A stretch of 39,435 nucleotides of DNA from Mesotaenium endlicherianum (Eukaryota): the NCBI GenBank assembly GCA_009602735.1, contig WELA01000361.1:1-39435 (forward strand). The letters run 5' to 3'. The notes below the pieces were generated by a model that saw only the letters and a list, made by a program, of their open reading frames with translations, searched no databases and was not told the origin of the DNA. Of the stretch, positions 11,834-23,547 are shown piece by piece. Numbering within the stretch: the first letter of the stretch is position 1; each line of letters begins with the position of its first letter. Position numbers and translations under genes: made by a program.

Positions 11834-13571
11834 GGTTCATCATCTTCATTGCTTGTACGAAGAAGACCAGGAGAGAGGAGACACAGATGAGCACCTTACC
11901 CCCCGTGGACACCTGTCGAAGCCATGTGTTGCCTCCGCGTGGAGACAGCACACACCCTCCCTGCTGCCAGAAAATGAGGGGCAATATTTTGCATATTACA
12001 GACATGTTACCAAAGTGCTACCATAGATGAATATCCTGAGTGTAGGAATCGATTACAATGCATTGGTGACCTAAGACGGATCCCATCGTACACAATACAT
12101 ATTGATGGCCTCACGTTTTCCTTTTCGTAGTGCCTATAATATTTTGTGGGCTGAGGGTAAGTTTCAATATCAAGGTTTTCCCACATGATAGAGACAACAT
12201 CATCATTTGGCAGGATGCGCAGGTCGCAGAGTTGGTACTCCAGTGTCGTAATGTCTCATGTGCCAATTTTAAAATGCTGTTATTCTGACAGCACCTCACC
12301 TCGAGTACATCTCTAAATGCAGGACTTACATGCTGGGGAAGCCGAGTAGCAGGGGTAAGCAGATGACGGCCTTGACCCCAGATCTTGACAGCTTCTCTAA
12401 GAATGATCTGTAACGTCATCTTAGCAGTGACTGACTATCGCGTTTTCTTCCACGCTCCTTTATGATAAGTACTCAGTCAGCATAGTTCCTATATGTTACT
12501 GCCAATGACAGGTGACAGGCCAGCCAACCCTTAAGCTGATGGAATGCGGGCTTCCAAATGTGTCTTTTATGCTTGGGCTACTCGGTGCGTTCCCGCTATA
12601 GCTGTTTACGAAGCTCAGCGGCAGAAGCTCAATGAGCCTGCTTGCAGCTCACTTTGACTACGGAATGAGCTAGAACAGCAACATGTGTGGATCTCGCGAT
12701 CATTTGGGCAGAAAGCATGAGGAATCCGCAAAGCCTTGCCTTTCCATGTAGAGTATCTACACTGGACAGTTTTTTATTTCAAATGTCCCGCTTAAAGATG
12801 ACTGCCCACGGTATTGCCATGTATGTGATCGAAGGTGAAGGAAGGAAACTAAACAAGTATCTATCAAAATTGTCGACGGCGTCAGACTGCGTAGACTCGA
12901 ATGGCAATGAGCGGGCAACAGCGACTACTACAGTCACCAACAACTACACCTTTCCACACCGGTCAATGCAGGTCACAGTGAAGTTATCCACTAAACCAGA
13001 CTTTACATGCAAGTCAATCACCGTCAGCGACAGTCAAAGACTAAGTCTCAAGTTTTCCTACTGATCTATTCTGCTATTATCCTTGTAGTCTTTGCTTCAT
13101 CCATGACTGTCAGAACCAGAGCCAGATAGAAGTGGGGGGCTTTCAAAGAGCTCTTGAAGGGCTTCCTATTGTGTATTCAACACTACAAATTCACATTTTC
13201 ACATGATGCAGTCAATGTCGTCCATGTGGCCCCTTCATTCCTGTTCATGTGTGGCTGGAGCCACAATATTCGGACAGCAGTGAATTTTCACCTTTTAACA
13301 ACCTCAGCCTAAGCTTCCATTCAATGATCTTATGCAACCCCCACTATACACCCAGAGAAACCCTTGCTAACCTTTCTTCCTAATAAATGCGAATTGAAGT
13401 AGGAGTGCAGAATGACCCATCAGCACACTTCAATGCAACTGTAGGACAGTTTGAAATACTATCCTCCTCCAACAAGCATCCTCGCCACCTTTACCACCCC
13501 CTATGCTAGGGAAGCTCTGCCTTCTCTTTGGCAAATCTACAAAGCCAAATGCTCTCTGTAACTGATTACCA

Positions 13572-14952
13572 CTAGAGATAATATTGGTCTGCCATGGCTT
13601 CTAGGACTCTGCGTTCAAACTCTGGCTCTTCGATCCAATGAGAACTTGTCCCTTTGAGAGCGACCAACGCTTCACTCTTTTTCAAGCCTTGCTGCTCTTC
13701 TCTCGCCCTCCTCCTGTTGGCCTTCTCCTCCCTCTCCACAGCCTGCAAACAAGATGAAAAGTACAAATATGAATTTAGTGGCTTCCAAAAACACCAATCC
13801 TACCATCAAAGATGTATACTTAAGATGAGTCTGCAATCAAATCCATCAAACATCAAGATATGCAAGCAAATATAGTTGCAGCACACAACAGTCGCCAAGT
13901 CTGCATTAAATTATACTGCTGTCGGACACTACCATTCAACACAGCATCTTTTGGTGACTTTCTTCACTAGACGGCACAGGCGTGAGCTTAGGGGGAGAAA
14001 CACAACCCGCGAAGAAGCGTAACTCCTTCACATGCAAGACCCAGCCCCTCAGACTAGGCTGTTTCCATGATCCACTTAGTCATGCATAAAAGGTAGGACA
14101 CAATATTTAAAAAAACGTATACCACCATATAGAGCACTTTAACTTCACCCAGTCGCCCAATGTACCCGTAAGCTGACACTTCTTTCTACCAGAGAAGTAA
14201 GCTGAAACCAATACTGAGTTCATTATAAACAGCAAGTCAATTTTTCCCATGCTTTTTCTACAACTTCAAAGACTTCAAAGCCTGCACCACATAGCTGCCC
14301 TTTGCCCTTAATTAAAAATCACCTCACACTAAACAAATAGCAAAGCTTACCCGCAGCATACAAAGTATATACTCCGAAACAAAGCAGCCACAATACTCCG
14401 CTTGTGATATAATGCAAATCACAAGCTATTAACAGGAGGAAACAGAATCAGCCCATGGTAGCCACCATCTGGAATAGCTTTACTCTGTACCTTTACAGCC
14501 TTGAAGGCTCGATCAGTCTCGACAGCCTCCAAAGCCCGAACCCTTGCCTGCTCCTTCTTCGTGATCAATCGAGCGGCTTTCATTCTTGCCTGCTCATCGA
14601 GCCTCTCCTTCGCCTCCCTCCCCAGCAGTCTATTCTTCTCTGCTTGATCTGCGGCATACTTTTTTCTCAACTCTGAGATCTGCTTCGCATACTCCCTTTT
14701 CCTAGCTGCAAAGTCGTTGGTTGCATTCTTATCATTTTCACGAATCGTCTGCAGGAAGGTGTCTGGAGAAGAGCTCGCATCTGTGTTCCCGAGCGCGCTG
14801 GCAGTTGTGCTGTAGCTCAAGTCATGTTTTAAGAAGCTCGTCGAAAGCTCTCGCTCTGCAGGAGCACAGACCTGATAAGGCAAGGATACAGAGCCCCACG
14901 TCGCTCTCGTCCAGTGAGTAACAAGAGGTCTTCCCAGTCGTGAATGACTCAT
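13572..14952 (-). CDS. Mitochondrial ribosomal small-subunit protein mS26-like (plant type); exons 14952-14491 and 13742-13572, about 210 aa
   Basis: Ser/Arg-rich N-terminus, then a charged helix with KREYAKQISELRKKY and a C-terminal SSHWIEEPEFERRVLEAM, matching the recalled plant mS26 pattern (RRDYAKQVKE.RK.Y ... SS.WI...ELE.KI.EA). Phase-0 intron AAG|GTACAG...TGCAG|GCT. Confidence 0.75.
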
Positions 14953-15852
14953 CGCATGGTCCTGATCAACCTTAGAAATGGGGATGCTGTGCGTTAGGAC
15001 TACCCTTTTGTTTGCCTTAGATACTTCAGAAGTCTCATATAACAAAGAAGCTAAGTCTGAGGTATCCTCTACACCCAATAACAGTAGTCGCAGAATTCTA
15101 TTCACGACGATACAGGAACCCACCGGAAGGGAGGGACTGAGAGACACAATTAGCTATACATGCCACCAAAGTATGGTGCTGCCAATATCGCACTCTGCCT
15201 GGCTTGGACTGCAATTTGAAACTCGCTGTTCTCGACCTGCTCTCGACACTAGCGCGTCGATCGTCATAGCACCTCCTTCAATACATGAAACAATATGTAC
15301 TTTGGTTGATAAGTATTTTCGTTAATATGACTTATATTCTTCGTTGAAAATAGTTCTAAATTACGTCGCGTGGTTCTCGCCTTCATCAGAGACTTCATGC
15401 ACTCAATTAAGTTAGTGCATGCAATCTCATTTCAATTTCAGCTAGGCACATCTCTAGCTCGTGACGGCTTTTTAACAAGCTACGAAGTTGGCCCTTCGAA
15501 AGCGCGCAAGCTTATTTATTGCACCTTGTTGGCCTCAGCGTTAATAGTGGCTTTGAGAGAAGAAGGCTTGCTTGGGAAGCTCTAAACATCCTTGATACTG
15601 GCGTTAGGCCTGTGGCAGGAATTTCACCTGCCTTCGCTGCTCGAAGAGGACTTGTGTTGCAGTTGAAGTACAGCGCCAGCTGCAATGTTTCCCTCGTAGT
15701 AGCTGGATAATCTTCGTTCATTACCCTCAGACAAAGATCACTTCAAGACTTCCACATTCCTTTTCCTTAAACCTCAAGAACCGATACACTTAGCTCTCCT
15801 GTGGGCCACACTCTCTCTTCCACGTACCATCCGCACAGTTTGGCCCTGCAAG
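14953..15852. promoter_or_regulatory. Probable bidirectional promoter / 5'UTR region between mS26-like and mS23-like genes
   Basis: 900 bp between divergent ATGs, AT-richer than gene bodies; one site II-type TGGGCC at 15802-15807. Confidence 0.5.
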
Positions 15853-18800
15853 ATGTCTTTCATGAAGGGGGACCTGCTCTCCAGAATGAGGCTGCTCATC
15901 AAAGGTGGCATCCGAGAGCGGCCCGTCTGGATGACGGCTCTGGAGAAGTACGTGTGATGCCCGAAGCTTCCTACAGCCTTCCATGCGCCATGGGTTCTTT
16001 TGTTGGCCATCTGAGAGAGGGCGTAACTGATCTGCCTTCACATATGCGTATATTGCTTCATGGTAGAGACTGGGAAGGGCTGCCTAATGCAGAAAAGTGC
16101 AGCTCAAGTTAGGCTCAGATTTGAAGAGTGAGCTGCATCGGACGTGGTGAAAGGGGGCGATGGAGAGTTGCTGGTGACGAAATTGGTCATGCTACTTTAA
16201 GCCGTGATACGTGTGACAAGGGGACTTTCGATCTTCATCCTCGGGTTCCGTTCCCACCTCAATGACAACTAGTGCCTGGATCAGACTGAACCGAAACTTT
16301 CAGGGGGACCCTTTTACACTCGTACGCTGAAGTGCTTATAGAGCTCCTTAAACCTTGGGCCCCTATACCTGAACCCCTTAGTGTTTGAACCTGGTCGTGT
16401 GAACTCTATACCCATATTGAGCGCATGGCAGGCGACAGCAGTGCAGGGCCATGTGTCATGACATGGCGCGACATGGCGCGACATGGCGCGAGGTTCTCAT
16501 GCATAGAGAGTCACGGGTTTAGCCTTTCAGGCTTAGGGTTTAGGCCATACCGCTGATGACTTCTGCTGCCATTCACAGTAAGCACTAGGGCCTACTCACA
16601 AGCTAATCAGAGGTTGCTGGCCAGCATCTCTAGCTGCAGCACTCACAGCAGCTCTGGCAGCAGCTCTAGCTGCAGCTCTGGCAGCAGCTCGAGCAGCAGC
16701 CGTATCTGAATTCACCTGCAGTTGCAGTTAGAAGCAGGGGCTGAAGAACTGAGGGCGTCGGTATCTCCCACGACTGCAATGCTGGACTCGTTCGCCGCGC
16801 TGTGTTATTCCGTCACGTGGGATCCCGGACGCCCGTCCCCCTCTTCCCCCTCTACTTCTCCTCCTCATCCACATGGCAAATTGCATGCCCTGCGGGGGGT
16901 CGGGGGGGGTTTCATGATCGTAGGATTCCGCCGGAGCCGAAGCAGAAGCGGTGCAAGAAGGCGCCCAAGATCCGGATGCCGGAGGACCCCCTGGTGGAGT
17001 CGTACTACGCGCGCCACCCCGAGGCCAAGATGATCCCCTTCAAGTGAGTCCCGCCCCGACCCGTGCCATCCCGCCAGCTGGCTGCGCTCTGCGCTCGGAG
17101 TGGGTGAGTGGGTGGGTCCGAGTCACCATCGGACACCTTCAGAAACCTTGAGACGAGGCGAAGTCAGATCGCCTTCAATGAGTCCCGTCCCATCCCGTCC
17201 CGCCGCCATGTGGCTGCGCTCTGCGCTCTGCGCTCAAGAGTGGGTGACCCCGAGTCACCTTCGGACGAGGCAAAGACGAATTGCCTTCGAGTGAGTTCCG
17301 TCGTCCCGGCAAGTCGATATATTGCGCTCCGGCGGCGAAGCTGCGCTTGATGGAACGCGAGCCCGAGTCACCGCCGGGCGATGGAGTCTCTCAACCAGCA
17401 GCTGGAGGTGAGGCCTGGCAATCGCGTCGGAGCGAGCTCCATCCCCCTCAGCGTGGGGCCGAGTTGAGTGCGCTCTAGCGAGCGAGCGTGTGAGCGAGCG
17501 AGCGAGCGAGCGCCAGTCGCCTCGAGGCTGCTGTCGAGACGGTTCTTTATAGTTCACGCGAGCGGGTCCCAGTCAGCCTGAGGCCGAGACGTGTGTGCGC
17601 GCGCACGCGCGCGCGAGCGAGCCAGCAAGCAAGCAAGCCCCAGACGCCTCGAGGCCGAGGCCGAAATGAATACGGTCATTCGGAGGGGAGTTCCAGTCAA
17701 CCTGAGGATGAATATAGTTGCGTGCAAGTGAGTGAGACGATATCAGCCGAGGCGGAGATGCTTGCGCTTGAGTGAGTCCTGACCGAGTCTGACAGCCCCC
17801 GCCGGCTGCTCCAGCCACCGCACGCACACTTGCACGTGCACCCGCACCCGCACCTCTGCCTGCTGACGCAGCGCAGCAACACTCTTGCACCTGCCAGACG
17901 CAGACGCAGATTGCAGCAGCAGTGCTAGCGTTTAGCTGTAGGAGAAGGATGCGGGATAGCAGCAACAGCAGGAGCGGCAGCAGCGGCGGCGGCGGCGGCA
18001 GAGGCCGTTCTTCGCCCGCTCTCACGCACGCGTCTGTCTGCCCGCACTCTTCTTTTGCTCGCGCATCTGCCTACTCGCTCGATGGCTGGCTGGCTGGCTG
18101 GCTCGCCCGCTCGCTTGCCCACCTCCTCGTTCTCTCGCTTGCTTGTTGAGACTTTAGTGGCCTGGAGCCGGAAGAGCCTTGGAGGAAGTGAGGGACGGGA
18201 TGGGAGGGAGGGGTAGGGAGGGCAGTGAAAGGGGAGGGCAGGGATGGGGGGAGGGAGGGAGGGAGGAGGGGCTTAGAAGCATAGGAAGCGGTGGGTTGCG
18301 CTCCCTGTGTGGGTGGGTATGTCTGGATCTGTATGAATGTGTGCATGTGTGAGCGTATGTATTTGGGGTCTGTGGGTTTGAGACGGGTGGTGGATGTGTC
18401 TTTGTCTCTCTGTGTCACTGTGTGTGTGTGTGTGTGTGTCCGCGCGTATGATGGATGACCTGGCAGTTGGCGGACTTGTTTCCCTTTGAGCTCTGCATGC
18501 GGGGGCTGCTCCCGATTGGCCGGCCGGTCGAACGACCCCCACTTCTGACTGGCTGGCCCTCTCTGGGCGCACGTGTGCAGGGTGAGGTCGTATGAGCCTC
18601 CCCCCGCCAGGAGATTTGCATGGCGACAGCTGGAGCTCATGGAGCAGGGGATCGACAAGCGCAAGGCGATGCTCATGGTGGAGGTAACGTGCCACCACCC
18701 GCCCGCCGCCTGCCGCCAGCCCCTGCCGCCCGCTACCTGTGCCCCTTCCGATCTGAGTTTGCATTTTAAACATGCGGTCCCGCTTGGCAACTCAAGCGCC

Positions 18801-20471
18801 GCTCGCGTGGTGGCCGAGTCCTTGTCGTGCATCAGATATCGTTTTTTCTGCCGGTGCTATTGCCCTCTCTCAGGGCTTGCACGTTTGCTCTGTGCGCTTG
18901 CACTTAATCTGCGGCAGTGCGTGACTGAATTCTGATTTTTTAGGAGTGACAAGGGAAGGGGAAGGGGAAGGAGAGAGGTGGCCTTTCTATTGCTGTGTGG
19001 ATGACGGCCCTCTCTATACTCCCCGGTTCAGGTCGCAGGGTTCATCGTTCAGGGATTAGGGTTTTAAGTTTGGCCTTCAGGGTTCAGGGTTTTCGGCCTT
19101 AAGCGTTCAGGTCTAGGTCTAGGGGCCACTACTGGACTTGGGATGTTTGGGGGATCAGACTGCATGTTACAGGACTTGGAGCACTGCATGCGGGGCGGGC
19201 ACAGGGTTTTTGGGCGCAGGGGTTTTAGCGAGGCGGTGGAGGCGAAGGGGTGATGTTTCGAGCGTGCGGGGTGCGGTGCCAGGTGGCGCTCTGACAAGAT
19301 GCGCGCGCGGCTAGTGGGACCTCCTAGGGGCCCCAGGGACACCCTCGGGAGTCCTGAGGCTCGGAGGGGGTCTCGCTTTAGGGGCTTCTAGATGTTGTGT
19401 TGGCCAGGCGATGAAGGCTGTCAGCTCCACGTGCAAAGCTGATGGGCGAAATCGACGGGCGAGATGATTGGTGGGCGAGACGATCGATGGGCGGGGGTCT
19501 GGGGGACAGGCTGTCAGTGTTGTCAGTCTGGGGAGGGGTGGGGATCGGACGACATGGGCGAGGGTGGGCGGGGGCGGGAAATGTTGGCCGGATTGCTGTG
19601 CCGCCTCGTGCGGTGGAAGTGTGGGAGGGGTCACGCTTAGAGGCGGGTTTTGAGGAGAGAAGGTTGTTTGAGACCTACAGCGCCCCCCCCCCCCCACCTC
19701 GCCCTCGTAACAGCCCTGGAGGACAGGGCGTCCTCCGCTGGCGGCGATGCCCTCTCTTGCTGGCGATGGCCTCTCCTTCCTCCTAACGGGCGCAGCGGCG
19801 GGCTCGTGCGCGAGTGAACAGACCTGTTAGAAGGATGGTGAGGCGGAGGAGGAGGAGGAAGATGAGGGGGAGTGAGCCGACTCGCCCGCCCGGGGTAGTT
19901 GGCTTCGGGCGGTTTCGTCGGGGGTAGTGAATCAGCTGGGAGGAGATTTTTTCGCTGTGAGCCAGGCCACGGCAGCGGCTTGAGTGGTGCCAAGCGGTGC
20001 GGCTGACTGAGAAGCCGACTGAGGAGCTGGCTGAGAAGCTGGATTTGCGGAGAAGCTGGATTTGCGGAGAAGCAGCTGCAGTCAGGCTGGCAGGCTGGCA
20101 GGCTGGCAGGATGGCAGGTTGGCAGGCTGGCCGGGCCCTAGCTGATTGGAGGACGTGTTTGTGTCTGTATGACATGAGGAGTTTGTTGGTTGGCTGGCTG
20201 GCTGGCTGGGCCCTGCTGACCGGGAACGCGCGTGCGCGCGTGCGCGCGTGTGTGGGTGTGTCTGTGTTCCGTGTGGCAGGAGGAGTTTGCGGCGGAGGAG
20301 GAGCAGAAGGAGGAGCTGAGGCGAGCGGAGAGGCGGAAGGCGCTCAGGGAGGGCCGCAAGCCCCCGCCCCTGAGGCGGAGCATCGTGGAGGACATCCAGG
20401 AGGCGGAGGAGGAGGTCATGAAGCTGTCTCTCGAGGTTGTGGGCTCGCGCACACCCCCCGAGGAGCGCTAG
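15853..20471 (+). CDS. Mitochondrial ribosomal small-subunit protein mS23-like (plant type); exons 15853-15947, 16924-17043, 18581-18683, 20280-20471, 169 aa
   Basis: Joined peptide MSFMKGDLLSRMRLLIKGGIRERPVWMTALEKIPPEP...IRMPEDPLVESYYARHPEAK...YEPPPARRFAWRQLELMEQGIDKRKAMLMVEEEF...*. The MSFMKGDLL start, W..A.E..PP, PED and PPAR.F..R.LEL.EQG motifs are typical of plant mS23. All three introns are GT-AG and phase-compatible; total 510 nt. Confidence 0.85.
16460..16490. repeat. 10-bp perfect tandem repeat (ACATGGCGCG)x3 in mS23 intron 1
   Basis: Directly visible in the sequence. Confidence 0.9.
17021..17380 (+). repeat. Degenerate tandem repeat (~110-135 bp unit, about 3 copies) that includes the mS23 exon 2 end and donor site
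   Basis: Repeated blocks gagg...ccttc(a/g)a(g)tgagt(c/t)cc, tggctgcgctctgcgctc and ccgagtcacc, with units starting at 17021, 17155 and 17267. Confidence 0.75.
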
Positions 20472-21564
20472 GGGCGGCTTGCGCGCGTGCGTTTGCAGCA
20501 CTGCTCGAGCGATGCACTTATTTGCGTGCGTGAGGCACAGCACTGCTCGAGGGCGATGCACTGTACTGCGAGTCTGCGGCAGGGCTGCATGTGCGCGCTG
20601 AGCCGTGCGCTGAGTCAAAGTTGAACTTAGTCGGAATGCACTCTGGTTTGTGTGGTGGGAAGCGCTTGCGCTTGCGCACTTGCACCGCCGAGGGATACGT
20701 TGAACTTCAGAGCGATCAACCAGCATAGCCCTGTGGAGTTTGGGGGAGGGAAGCTTGCAGGCAGTGCGGAGCTTCGTTCTGCACCGCAAACGACTGAAGC
20801 AAACACAAGCGCAGGCTAGGCTATGAGGAAGTTTTTTTCCCAGATGACAAATCTGCATGTGGCAAAAGGTCTCCAATACTTGAAGTTGTGTTTGATCTGG
20901 CCAGAGCCCTAGCCCACGACTGTGCAAGAAGAGATAACAACGATCGCATACACCCATTATACATCTTCAATCGTGGTCTACTGTTCTACTGTGCTAGCTT
21001 GTAAATGAATCATCTGGCTGTCGACTCAAAAGCCGATTCATCCTCTTCAACAGTGAATGGGGCTCTGTATGTATAGTTATGTGCATGGGAGAAACTGGAC
21101 ATGTGTAAGAGTCGGTTCTGCATGTGCCAAAGGCTTCCTAGTAGCCAGGACATTCAGTACAGTCAGCCCAGGTTCATGAACAAATGAAAAGAACTAAAAT
21201 TGTCATAGTTCCGCGTTCCAGCATAAGACTTTGAAAGCTTACAAAGCCGAAGGTAGCATCAGTCAAGACAGGCTGCACGATTAAGATCTGATCAAAATGA
21301 AGTGCAGGTATGAATCTCACACCAACACCACAATCACCTGCCAGAATGATGACTCCAGTGCAGTGCAGCAGCAGCAAGATCACACAGTAAGCAAGCACTT
21401 TTGACACTGGACATTGAATATTTTTTAAGAAAAATTGATACAACGAACACATACCACTTGCCTGCCGCAAGGCCAACCGCTGTTCAGAAAAGTGCCGAGA
21501 GCGGAACCACCACCATCGAGCTACAGGTAGCAGCAAGCAGCGAGCTGCCTCCCTCCCCTCGTCA

Positions 21565-23547
21565 TCAAGCCGGCTGGAAGTAGCCCAGCCTGAACATGAG
21601 CAGCGTGAAGCAGCTCCCGAGCGCCCAGAAGGAGCAGCACCACCAGGCGCAGAACATGGCCAGCTGGCGCACGAGCAGCGGCGGGATGAAGCAGGCCCCC
21701 TGCAGCGCCATGGCGTCCAGCTCTGGCCCGCGCGTGCGCGCCACGCCCAGCAGGAACAGCTGCAGCGCGCCCGGCACGAGGAGCTGCAGCGCGACCTTGC
21801 AAAGGAAGTGGTTCGTCACCACCATGCGGTACGTGAGCACCTGGAAGTGCGCCTCCCGCGGCCCGTGCAGGTGCTCGTACCAGAGCACCAGCGCCGTGTT
21901 CAGGTACGCCTGCACGTTCGCCCGCATGCTCGCGATCTGCAGCAGCCCCGAGAGCGCCATGATGGCGAGGCGCACGGCGCCAAAGGTGCTTGGCGATACG
22001 CCCCGCGCAAAGGCCCAGTCGGGGTGCTCCTCCCCCTCCTCCTCCTCGGCGAGCACGCACTGCTTCGGCTCGGGCTCCGGATTTGGCTCCTGCTTGCCCT
22101 GCATGGACCCGCTGGTTCCCTCTGGCCGGGCGGCAGTGCCACCGGAGGCGGCTTCTCCGGGCGGGAGCGACGATGCTCCTGCCCCTCCTCCAGCTGCTGA
22201 CGCTCCCGCTGCTGCTCCTGCTCCTGCACCTGTACCTCCTGCTCCTGCTCCTACTCCTGCTGCACCTGCTGCGCCTGCTGCAGCTGGCCCAGCACCGAGC
22301 TGCGCGCTGGGCTGGGAGGACGAGAAGGGGTGTGCAGCGGGGCACGAGGGAGGGGGGGAGGAGGACGTTGAGTTGGAGGAGAGGGAGGAGGAGGAGGGTG
22401 AGAAGAGGAGGCCGGCGGAGGAGGACTGCTTGTAGACGAAGACGTCCGTCATGGGGGGGATCCAGAGGAGGAGCACGACGATGGGGAGGAGGAAGTTGAG
22501 GTGGAGCAGGAGGCGAGCTGGCAGGCCGCAGCGGATCATGCCGACGTCCCAGTCGACGTAGTGGGTGGCCAGGAAGTAGGAGCGGGTGAAGCGCAGGACA
22601 GGTGGCGCGAGGAGGAACCCCAGGTAGCCTGCCAGGAGGGCGGCCACGACCCTGACGAGCCCCAGGGAGATCACCACCGGCTCAAACTCCTTCTTCGCTG
22701 CCGCCGAGATGACCGGCGCGTATGCTCCTTCTGCTGCTGAGGCTGCAGCTCCTGCTGCTGCTGCTCCTGCCCCTGCTGCCCCTGCGTCTGCTGCTCCTGC
22801 TGCGCCTGCTGCTGCTGCAGCTGTGCCAGCTGCTGCGGCGGCAGGATCACTCAGAGGCCCGTCCACGCTCGCTGCGCGTGCCTTCAGGTAGGCAGTCATG
22901 ACCTGCCCAGCGTTCTCGGTCGCCGCCTTGAAGTCAAAGTCCAGCGCCCTGCTGGGGAGGACGAAGAGCAGGAGGAGCGCGGCCAGGAAGCACCCGAGCC
23001 CTACAATCAGGCTGATTTGCAGATCGGCGGTCCTGGTGCTGCGCTTGTCCCGCTGCACCTTGGCGAGCCCCCTGGCGAGCTTCCATATGAAGATGGTGCT
23101 GAAGAGGAGCGCGATCGCATCCCCCCTGTACACCATCTCCCGGATCTGCTCGGGCGCTAGGAGGTGCAGCAGCTCGCAGCTGAGAAGGATCACCAGGCCG
23201 ATCAAGCCGAACAGGAAGATCTCCTCAAACTCCTTGTAATACTCGCAGCTGAAGATGATCCGGGGGATGAGCTCGGATCTGTTCAGCTTCGCTCCAGACG
23301 CATCCCACTCGCCCTTGTCCTTCTTCCTGTGCTTCAGCGATGCTTTGCTCGTCTGAGCCTCCTCCCCATTCCCGCCCCCCTTCCCTCCCCCAGGCTTAGC
23401 AGCCGCATTTCCTCCTGTGTCTCCCTCTTCTTTTGGTAGGTAGTACAAGTAGATTCCCGTCAAGCTCCGCACTGAAGGCAGGAAGTAGAAATGCAGACAT
23501 GATGCAGCTACGCATATTATAGCGTAGAAGACTATACCAAAAATCAT
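21565..23547 (-). CDS. TMEM161-family multi-pass membrane protein, apparently single exon, with low-complexity insertions
   Basis: About 660 codons open from the first ATG (23547; the ORF-track start at 23589 is TTG) with many TM segments. Motifs LAGYLGFLLAPPVLRFTRSY, LLLHLNFLLPIVVLLLWIPPM, MRANVQAYLN and FLCKVALQLLVP are characteristic of TMEM161A/B and plant homologues. Confidence 0.85.
   Translation of the reverse strand: MIFGIVFYAIICVAASCLHFYFLPSVRSLTGIYLYYLPKEEGDTGGNAAAKPGGGKGGGNGEEAQTSKASLKHRKKDKGEWDASGAKLNRSELIPRIIFSCEYYKEFEEIFLFGLIGLVILLSCELLHLLAPEQIREMVYRGDAIALLFSTIFIWKLARGLAKVQRDKRSTRTADLQISLIVGLGCFLAALLLLFVLPSRALDFDFKAATENAGQVMTAYLKARAASVDGPLSDPAAAAAGTAAAAAGAAGAADAGAAGAGAAAAGAAASAAEGAYAPVISAAAKKEFEPVVISLGLVRVVAALLAGYLGFLLAPPVLRFTRSYFLATHYVDWDVGMIRCGLPARLLLHLNFLLPIVVLLLWIPPMTDVFVYKQSSSAGLLFSPSSSSLSSNSTSSSPPPSCPAAHPFSSSQPSAQLGAGPAAAGAAGAAGVGAGAGGTGAGAGAAAGASAAGGGAGASSLPPGEAASGGTAARPEGTSGSMQGKQEPNPEPEPKQCVLAEEEEGEEHPDWAFARGVSPSTFGAVRLAIMALSGLLQIASMRANVQAYLNTALVLWYEHLHGPREAHFQVLTYRMVVTNHFLCKVALQLLVPGALQLFLLGVARTRGPELDAMALQGACFIPPLLVRQLAMFCAWWCCSFWALGSCFTLLMFRLGYFQPA

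Noticed and set aside
11700..13570. Short ORFs between the ARM and mS26-like genes
   Set aside because: No motif similarity or coherent exon chain; treated as intergenic or UTR.
21521..23439. Several long alternative-frame and antisense ORFs over TMEM161
   Set aside because: By-products of GC-rich codon usage and triplet repeats.
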